DNA from: Halomicronema hongdechloris C2206
Lineage (GTDB): Bacteria; Cyanobacteriota; Cyanobacteriia; Phormidesmidales; Phormidesmidaceae
Direction: 5' to 3'
Assembly (NCBI RefSeq): GCF_002075285.3
Contig: NZ_CP021983.2
Span: forward strand, 1,560,001 to 1,592,000
DNA: 32,000 nt
This document shows, one piece after another, positions 25,437 to 32,000 of this stretch. Under the pieces are notes generated by a model that saw nothing but the letters and a program-made list of their open reading frames with translations, did no database searches and had not been told where the DNA came from. How positions within the stretch are numbered: position 1 is the stretch's first letter; each line of letters starts with the position of its first letter. Both the position numbers and the translations under genes were made by a program.

Positions 25437-26303
25437 ATGGACATATACCAGTTACGCTACTTCCTCACGATTGCCGAAACTGGCAGCTTCTCAAGGGCCG
25501 CCGAGCGCCTCTACTTGTCTCAGCCGTCTCTATCGGCAGGCATTAAGAAATTAGAGCAGGAGTTGGGCGTATGCCTCTTCGAGCGGGGCGGGCGTCGTAC
25601 GGTGCTGACGCCAGCGGGTCGGGCCTTCCAGGCCAAGGCCATGGCAATCATGGGGCAGTACCAGGCCGCCCTGAAAGAGTTGAAGGGCTTCTACGAGCGT
25701 CCCATCTTACGGGTCGGTGTCTTGAGTACCTTACGAGTGGCTGAACTAGCTGCCTTAGTCAGCACCTTCCAGCACCATCATCCCCATGTCACCATTGAGG
25801 TGCACGACGGCACCCTAGCCCTGTTGCGGGAGAAGCTAGAACAGGGAGATGTTGATGTGACGCTGACCGCCTTGGCAGATCGCGACGACCCGCAACTATC
25901 CACTGCCCTATTCCAGCAGAAGCTCCTGCTGGCGTTACCGCTAACCCATCCCCTGGCCCAACGCGCCTCGATTCGGCTCACTGAATTAGATGGGCAACCT
26001 TTCATCGACCGGGTAAACTGCGAGTTCCATGAACAGGAGTGCCAAATCCTGGCAGCGGCCGATGTGCAGCCCAATATCATATACCGGGCCAGCCACGAGG
26101 AATGGGTGATTGCCCTGATTCAAGCTGGATTAGGCGTCAGCATCATGCCCCACTGGCAGGGGCTCAGCCGTATCGCCTACCTGCCCATCGCAGACGTCGA
26201 CTTTCAACGCACAGTTGGGATGAAATGGCGGCAACAGCAGACTTCAAAGCTGGTCGAGCAGTTTTGTCACTTTGCCGCCAGCCACAGCTGGGGAGCAGGC
26301 TAG
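25437..26303 (+). CDS. LysR family transcriptional regulator
   Basis: The N-terminal HTH MDIYQLRYFLTIAETGSFSRAAERLYLSQPSLSAGIKKLEQELG is followed by a LysR substrate-binding domain. It is divergent from the 25282-23019 gene string. Confidence 0.9.
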   Translation: MDIYQLRYFLTIAETGSFSRAAERLYLSQPSLSAGIKKLEQELGVCLFERGGRRTVLTPAGRAFQAKAMAIMGQYQAALKELKGFYERPILRVGVLSTLRVAELAALVSTFQHHHPHVTIEVHDGTLALLREKLEQGDVDVTLTALADRDDPQLSTALFQQKLLLALPLTHPLAQRASIRLTELDGQPFIDRVNCEFHEQECQILAAADVQPNIIYRASHEEWVIALIQAGLGVSIMPHWQGLSRIAYLPIADVDFQRTVGMKWRQQQTSKLVEQFCHFAASHSWGAG

Positions 26304-26318
26304 TACGTCAAGGTAGAC

Positions 26319-26637
26319 ATGAGAGGGCAAGAATTGGAAATCACTGCCTTTCGTCAGGGGCTGGAGACCGGCACCATCGAGTGCCGTCCGCCGCGTCAGT
26401 GCCCTTACGACGTCTTGGTACAGCATCTGGTCACCCTGGCCTGCGGCGATGGCTTTGCGCCCGAGACCACGCTGCAGACCCTGCGGCAAACTATCGCCTA
26501 CGCAGATCTCAGCGACGCCGACTTCCAGTGGGTGCTGGACTTTTCCCTTGCTGGTGGAGCGACTCTATGCCCGGCTGTCGAATGAAACCCTGTTGCAGCG
26601 CATCGAGCGCATGAAGCAGCAGTGGGCTTCCAAGTAA
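26319..26637 (+). pseudogene. Fragment of an Lhr-like / ligase-associated DEXH-box helicase (C-terminal DEAD/H-associated region)
   Basis: PYDVLVQHLVTLACGDGF...YADLSDADFQWVLDFSLAGGATL resembles the region after the helicase core in Lhr-type proteins. No helicase core lies upstream, and the reading frame changes near 26560 (26449-26637 frame). Confidence 0.4.
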
Positions 26638-26710
26638 TTGATTTGCGACCCAGCATTCAGTAGAGGGTGTTGCACTCAGTAGGCCTCCTTCGGGTGCAGA
26701 AGTGCTATAG

Positions 26711-26820
26711 CTGGATTCCCGCTGCCGCGGCAATGACAGGACTAGTTTTTTCGGGTAACAGGCTCATCGCGGCAACAATTCCGTCATTCCGGGGCAAGCG
26801 CAGCGCGACCCTGAATCCAG
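26711..26820. repeat. About 110-bp MITE-like element with imperfect terminal inverted repeats
   Basis: CTGGATTC (26711-26718) pairs with GAATCCAG (26813-26820). Inner arms GCGGCAATGAC and GTCATTCCGGGG are also partly complementary. Confidence 0.4.
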
Positions 26821-26868
26821 GTCGAGCCCTCTGTTTGCTTGCCGAGGTTTATGCTCTGCCTTGGCATA

Positions 26869-27831
26869 CTAGTTGGGCTCTTGGTTGGGACAATGGCCGG
26901 CCATAGTCAGTTTGGTCATCTGAGCTTCTGATAGGGTCAGCGATACGGCGCCGAGATTTTCCCGCAGATGGTCGGCAGTGCCGGCAGAGAAAATGGGAAG
27001 CATGGGGGGCTGGCGCTGCAGCATCCAGGCCAGGACCACCTGATTGGGCGTTGCCCCCGTTTCTTGGCATACTTCCTGCAGGGCGGCTAGGCGGGCATCG
27101 GTATCGGGTCCCTGATAACTCTCGGCAATGGGCCGCTCGGGTCTGACATAGGCGCCCCGTAACAGTGGCGTATAGGGCAGCATGGTCTTACCGCGGGCAT
27201 CGCAGTAGGTGGCTAGGTTTTCATCGATCAACCGTTGCGGATAAAAGTATCCCCCGGGCTGGGGACGCAGGTAGGTGAAGCGTTGCTGAACGCAGGTAAA
27301 TGGAGTCAGGTTCTTAGCAGTTGCGATCGCATCGGCATCGGCCAACCGCCAGGCCAGATAATTGCTGGCCCCAGCGAAGCGAATCTTGCCTGCCTCTATC
27401 AGCTGGGAAAAGGCGGCCAGGGTCTCTTCCAACGGCGTATTGAGGTCATCCTTGTGGCCATAGAACAGATCGAGGTGATCGGTGCCTAACCGCCGCAGAC
27501 TCTCCTCACAGGAGGTAATGATGGTCTTGGCGGCTAGGCCGTCGGGAATATCGCCGCAGCCAAATCCCACCTTACTGGCAATAAAGATATCCTCACGGTT
27601 GCCCCGCTCTTGCAACCAGCGACCGATGGTGGTTTCGCTTTCTCCCCCCTTGCCGTTGGCCGCCCATTGGTTATAGCAATTGGCCGTGTCGAGAAAATTT
27701 CCCCCCGCCTCTGTATAGATATTTAACAGCTGGGCCGCCTCGTCATAGCTTCTGAGGGTGCCAAATCGCAGCGTCCCTAAGGCCAAACAACTGACGGTGG
27801 CGTCGGTGTGGCTGAGTTGGACTGTTCGCAT
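26869..27831 (-). CDS. Aldo/keto reductase
   Basis: Contains AKR blocks (LGTLRFG, NFLDTANCY, GESETTIGRWL, IFIASKVG, LDLFYGHKDD, IRFAGASNY). Confidence 0.9.
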   Translation of the reverse strand: MRTVQLSHTDATVSCLALGTLRFGTLRSYDEAAQLLNIYTEAGGNFLDTANCYNQWAANGKGGESETTIGRWLQERGNREDIFIASKVGFGCGDIPDGLAAKTIITSCEESLRRLGTDHLDLFYGHKDDLNTPLEETLAAFSQLIEAGKIRFAGASNYLAWRLADADAIATAKNLTPFTCVQQRFTYLRPQPGGYFYPQRLIDENLATYCDARGKTMLPYTPLLRGAYVRPERPIAESYQGPDTDARLAALQEVCQETGATPNQVVLAWMLQRQPPMLPIFSAGTADHLRENLGAVSLTLSEAQMTKLTMAGHCPNQEPN

Positions 27832-27916
27832 GGCAGTGTCCGTCCTCCCTGGTCAGCGCGGTTCAATGATACTGAAGCCAGGGTGGACTCGACAGCAACG
27901 ACCTGAGCGTACGACT

Positions 27917-29952
27917 CTAATTCACCCCACAGCTGTCTACCAAGTATTGGGCCTGTCGTTGTAGGGCTAAGGCCAAGGCATCCCCCTGTTGCACCCCTGC
28001 CTGCAGCCGATCCAGGACTTGGTAGAACAGATCCCAACCTCGGCGTTCGCGGCGGTAGGCTGCAGCCAGCTGGCTCTCTTCTCCCTCAGTAAAGGCTAGG
28101 GCCTCCTGCAATTGGGGGATGCCGATGCGGATTAGCTCCTGGGCCTGGGCCACGTCCCCTTGGCTGTACAAGGACGCCAGCTTCAGGGCAAATCGCAGCA
28201 ACACCACCGTCACCGGCATGGCCGAGATAAAGCCACCAGTGAAGGGATCGGTTTCGGCTTTTAGGGCGGTAATATCGGCGCTTAGGGTGCGGGCGTAGGC
28301 GGAAAACATGAGGATGCGCACATAATCGCCCACCAGCTTGCCCATCTTGGCCAGTTTGATCGCTCCTGGGCAAACCCTCCTTGTCATGGCGCATGATCAG
28401 CCCGGCGGCGTGGGCATAACCCAGGCGAGGCTGGGGCTGGGTCAGGGTCGAGAAGATATAGGCCTGATCTTCGGCCCGGCCGATAAAACTAGGGGTAAAG
28501 GGACGATGGCGTCGCAGGCTGTCGATGCGAATGCCATTGGTACCGCCGGTGACATGAATGCGCTGTAGACAAGCGGTCTCACCATCCAACTCAGAGCCGA
28601 TCTGGTAGCGGGTCATCATTTCGGCCTCGGTGGAGAGGGCCTGGGGCAGGGGGCTGAAGAAAATATACTCGTCGATACTCTTGGGCCCCGGGGGAAAAGG
28701 CACATCCGGCGTAAACAGCCCCTTATGGATATCCTTTTGATTCACCAGGGCCCCGGCGATCAAGCCAGCTCGATGGGCGGCCCCAGGCGTCAGTGCCCTT
28801 AGCTCCCCACAGGGGCGTCATGAAGTGCTCGAAGGCCGAGGCCCCGGTCTGCTCAATCAGCTCGCTCTGGGGAAAGACCTGGTCCAGATCGATCTTGAAG
28901 GTACCCTGCACGGTATCTGCCACCAATCCCTGCCAGAGGGCGCTGATGGCCTTGAGGAAACTGTAGTGGCGACCGTAGCGACCATCCACCCCGAAGACAG
29001 ACAACAGATCAGCGGCTGCAGGGGTGGGGCAATACTGGGCCACGGCCGGCAGCAGCACCTGCCGCACCAGGGCCTCCGTATCGGCCTCGGTGAAGGCGAA
29101 GATGTTCAGATTGTGCAGGGGCGCATCCGCCGCTAGGGTTTGCTTCAGATACTCCTTGGCCAGGGTTTGTAGTCCTTTGTGGGTGACTGACACCGAGAGG
29201 GCACAGGGGACCGGCTGCTGGCCCAGATGGCCTCGCTGGCGCTCCACGTCCAGGGCTTGGTTCAGGGCCCGTAAGCCATAGAGAATCTCGTTATTCTCGG
29301 GCGTAATGCCGATGGGAATGGGGTGGTCGTACCAGTAGAGTTGCGGTTCCTGGGCCACGGCTTGCAGTTGCTGACAAAACTCATCGTCGAAGGGCAACTC
29401 AGAGATGGCGGTGCTGGCCAGTGGCACGGTCAACAGAGCATTAGATGTCAACAGCAGTTGCTGGGCCGAATCGGTAATCGGCTCCGGGGCCAACTGGGTC
29501 AGGGTAACGGTGCGGCGCTGGCGTAATTCTGCTACACGGTCGGTTTCTTGACCATAGATGCCGACGGCTTCTGGAAAGAACACAGACCAAGTGGCCTCTG
29601 CCAACTCGTCGTCACTCAGGTGGCTCCAGGCCGCAGCCGGGCGGGTGAAGCGCTGGGCCACGACGGGGTCGGCCAGCTCGGTTTGAATCCGCTGTAGTCC
29701 TTGCTGATAGAAGCGGGCCAGCTCGGCATACTGGGCATTCTCCTGGGCCGTGGCCAGTAGATCTTTCGCCCGGGTAAATTGGGGCTGCTGGGGACCGGCC
29801 AGTAGGATCAGAAAGGCCTGATTCAGAGAGGCAGGAGCCTGCTCTTTACCTAGATCAGGTGCAGTAGACAGTTGAGGGGTTTGTAGCAGGCGAGTAAGGA
29901 TGGGCTGCAGCTGAGTGGTCATGGCACACCGACGGTGAGGGGCAATAAGCAT
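27917..29952 (-). pseudogene. Large conserved-hypothetical gene (about 678 codons) interrupted by two frameshifts
   Basis: Three same-strand ORFs (28723-29952, 28086-28763, 27917-28387) overlap end to end in different frames. The protein-like sequence continues across both junctions, at about 28765-28800 and about 28355-28375. Met 29922 (MTTQLQ) is a plausible start. Confidence 0.7.
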
Positions 29953-29966
29953 GGGCTAGGGACTAT

Positions 29967-30020
29967 GACTGTAGTAATATCCCATCGGTTCGGCTGCAGG
30001 AGATAGCAAATACTACAGTC
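29967..30020. promoter_or_regulatory. 10-bp perfect inverted repeat in the divergent region upstream of nagA
   Basis: GACTGTAGTA (29967-29976) and TACTACAGTC (30011-30020), separated by 34 nt. Confidence 0.25.
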
Positions 30021-30136
30021 TTATCCATTGCTTGCAGAGCTGTTTAGGCGGCATGAAGTCCGTAGGACCCCTCTGCAGATTTGGCAGTCAGACTTGGGAT
30101 AAGATGCCGATGATCTGTGCTAGAGAATCATTCTCC

Positions 30137-31303
30137 ATGTATGCCCTCACCCCGGCCACGCTCTACACCGGCCAGCAGCAGCTCTCGGGGCAGGCCTTGC
30201 TGATTGAAGGGCAGCACATTATGGATGTGGTGCCGGTGGCAGTCCTGGCGGCTGCCTGCCCTCGAGTTCCTCTGCCAGGGCAACAGGTTGCCCCTGGCTT
30301 CATTGACTTGCAGCTGAATGGTTGTGGCGGTGTGCTGTTCAATGACGCCATTACGGCTGAGACCTTAGATCGCATGCATCGCACCAATCTACGCAGCGGC
30401 ACCACCAGCTTTCTGCCCACCCTGATTACTACATCGGACGACGCCATGGAGCAGGCCATGGCCGTAGTTCAGGCCTATCGCCAGCACTATCCCCAGCGAG
30501 TGCTGGGCCTGCATCTGGAGGGACCTTACCTCAATCCCCAGCGTCGGGGGATTCACGATGGCCGCCATGTGCGGCCAGTGGACGAGGCCATGCTAGCCCG
30601 GATCGCTCAATACGGCGGCGATACAGTGACAGTGGTGACCCTGGCCCCAGACATTACCGGCAGCGAGCCTATCCATTGCCTCAGCCAAGCCGGGATCGTG
30701 GTCTCGGCAGGCCATAGCAATGCCAGCTATGAGCAGGCCCTGGCTGGGTTTGAGGCCGGCATCACCATGGTCACCCATCTCTTTAATGCCATGTCGCCCT
30801 GGCACAGTCGGCAGCCGGGGCTGGTGGCAGCGGCTCTGAGTCGGCCGGAGGTCTATGCCGGCATCATTGCCGATGGTCTCCATGTCCACTTCGGCTCCGT
30901 AGCTCTGGCCAAGCAGATTAAGGGAGACCGATTACTGCTGGTGAGTGATGCCATGCCGCCAGTGGGCACCCAGATGTTCTCCTTTTGGATTGGCCAGGAA
31001 GAGGTGTTCTATCGCCAGGGCAAGTGTGTTGCCGCCGATGGCACCCTGGGGGGCTCGGCCCTGACCCTGATGGCTGCTGTTGCCAATTGTGTGCAGCAGC
31101 TGCGGTTGCCCCTGGCCGAGGCCCTGCGCATGGCTAGCCTTTATCCGGCCCGTGCGATCGCACAGGACCATCATCTCGGCCTCATCGCTCCCGGCTACCT
31201 GGCTAACCTGGTGATCTTCGACCAGAGCCTACGGGTCACCGCCATCGTCGACCGAGGACAGCTGCAACTATTTGATGCAGCCCTAGAAGGTGCCGCCCTA
31301 TAG
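30137..31303 (+). CDS. nagA: N-acetylglucosamine-6-phosphate deacetylase
   Basis: An amidohydrolase fold with NagA blocks (PGFIDLQLNGCGGVLFND, LGLHLEGPYLNP, TLAPD, SAGHSNASY, THLFNAMS, IADGLHV). I start at ATG 30137 (MYALTPATLYTG), because homologues begin there. The ORF is open from 30032. Confidence 0.9.
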   Translation: MYALTPATLYTGQQQLSGQALLIEGQHIMDVVPVAVLAAACPRVPLPGQQVAPGFIDLQLNGCGGVLFNDAITAETLDRMHRTNLRSGTTSFLPTLITTSDDAMEQAMAVVQAYRQHYPQRVLGLHLEGPYLNPQRRGIHDGRHVRPVDEAMLARIAQYGGDTVTVVTLAPDITGSEPIHCLSQAGIVVSAGHSNASYEQALAGFEAGITMVTHLFNAMSPWHSRQPGLVAAALSRPEVYAGIIADGLHVHFGSVALAKQIKGDRLLLVSDAMPPVGTQMFSFWIGQEEVFYRQGKCVAADGTLGGSALTLMAAVANCVQQLRLPLAEALRMASLYPARAIAQDHHLGLIAPGYLANLVIFDQSLRVTAIVDRGQLQLFDAALEGAAL

Positions 31304-31593
31304 GCGGAAAATCGGCCAGATAGGCGCGGCGCATGATCAGCATCTGATGCCACCAGTAGTGCCCGCCCACTAAAACTCAGCTCATCCGGAGAAGCACTAA
31401 CCTGGGCGATCGCCACCGGCTCAACAAGCTGGAGCCCTCCATAGCCCAACACCATTACCACCAATCCCAGAACGACTAAAGCAAAGCGCTTCCAAACCTT
31501 CGACTTGACCCGTTTCATCAGCTTCACAATCAGAGGGGGTAACCTAGCCACAACTGAAGTCACGATAAACTTTGGACTATGGTCCAGAGTCAA
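31195..31593 (-). CDS. Doubtful ORF with one hydrophobic helix
   Basis: A 132-codon ORF whose last ~36 codons run antisense through the nagA 3' end. Only the N-terminal part (KRFALVVLGLVVMVLGYGG) looks protein-like. Confidence 0.2.
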   Translation of the reverse strand: MTLDHSPKFIVTSVVARLPPLIVKLMKRVKSKVWKRFALVVLGLVVMVLGYGGLQLVEPVAIAQVSASPDELSFSGRALLVASDADHAPRLSGRFSAYRAAPSRAASNSCSCPRSTMAVTRRLWSKITRLAR

Positions 31594-31614
31594 GGGGATA
31601 ACGCTGCAACAAAG

Positions 31615-31752
31615 ATGACAATTCGTGAGCTAGCGGATAGAACGGGCGTGTCAATTGACACCATTCGGTTTTATGAAAAGAGAGGCTGGCTGAATGCGGT
31701 TCACGTTCAACGGCAAGCTAACAATCAGCCGCAACCCACGTCAGTCCCTTAG
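31615..31752 (+). pseudogene. MerR-family regulator fragment (N-terminal HTH only)
   Basis: My own translation is MTIRELADRTGVSIDTIRFYEKRGWLNAVHVQRQANNQPQPTSVP. The first ~26 aa are a canonical MerR HTH. The dimerisation helix and effector domain are missing, and the downstream sequence turns AT-rich. Confidence 0.6.
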
Positions 31753-32000
31753 GGGTATTAGCTTTGACAAATAGCCAATTAAGGGGGGTAAAGGGAATTC
31801 CGCTGACACTGGGCTGGGAGCAAGGGGAGTCTTTATTTTTGTTTCAAAGTGTTGCGAAGAATGTCATTCGAGTAACGCTTCATGACTTACTCACAAGATC
31901 CTCACTTTCTCTTCTTACTGTTACAAATGGCGCTAGAGAAAAGGCTGATCAATTGTTATCTCGTCAGAGAGTATTTGAGGTTACTACGGCTATGGCTACC

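Noticed and set aside
26039-26614. A 191-aa plus-strand ORF overlapping the LysR 3' end
   Set aside because: It is out of frame with the LysR gene and the helicase fragment, and its Arg/Pro-rich translation is not plausible.

Overview
The window looks like cyanobacterial chromosomal DNA. I count at least 10 perfect HIP1 octamers (GCGATCGC) in 32 kb, where about 0.5 would be expected by chance.

It splits into two parts.

(1) Positions 1-6823 are an AT-richer accessory patch full of insertion sequences. It holds two diverged copies of a module on the minus strand: an AraC regulator, a conserved non-coding leader, then a downstream gene.
- Copy A is split by a decayed IS66-family element with clear inverted repeats and an 8-bp target duplication.
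- Copy B keeps only the last 54 codons of its AraC gene, because an IS4/IS701-like element cut it off. A MATE efflux gene lies downstream of it.
- Remnants of IS630-like and IS1-like transposases and a small palindromic element lie between the two copies.

(2) Positions 6900-31600 are mostly ordinary core genes:
- a group-2-type RpoD-family sigma factor, a 1083-aa SNF2 helicase, a GNAT acetyltransferase and exonuclease III
- a saccharopine-dehydrogenase-like enzyme, an AstE/AspA-family hydrolase, a PhzF-like isomerase and a MocR regulator
- a phosphohexomutase
- tRNA-Pro(CGG), followed by 2.4 identical copies of a 78-bp tandem repeat
- a LysR regulator facing a peroxiredoxin-like / membrane protein / MAPEG / CysE gene string
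- an aldo-keto reductase and NagA

Several loci are decayed: a roughly 678-codon conserved hypothetical gene broken by two frameshifts, a helicase fragment and a MerR fragment.

I found no rRNA, no CRISPR array and no recognisable multi-gene defence or biosynthetic system. The candidates most worth follow-up are the tRNA-Pro-linked tandem repeat, the leader that is more conserved than its flanking coding sequence, the LysR-linked thiol/redox cluster and the frameshifted large gene. All family calls come from motif recognition by eye. No database search was run.
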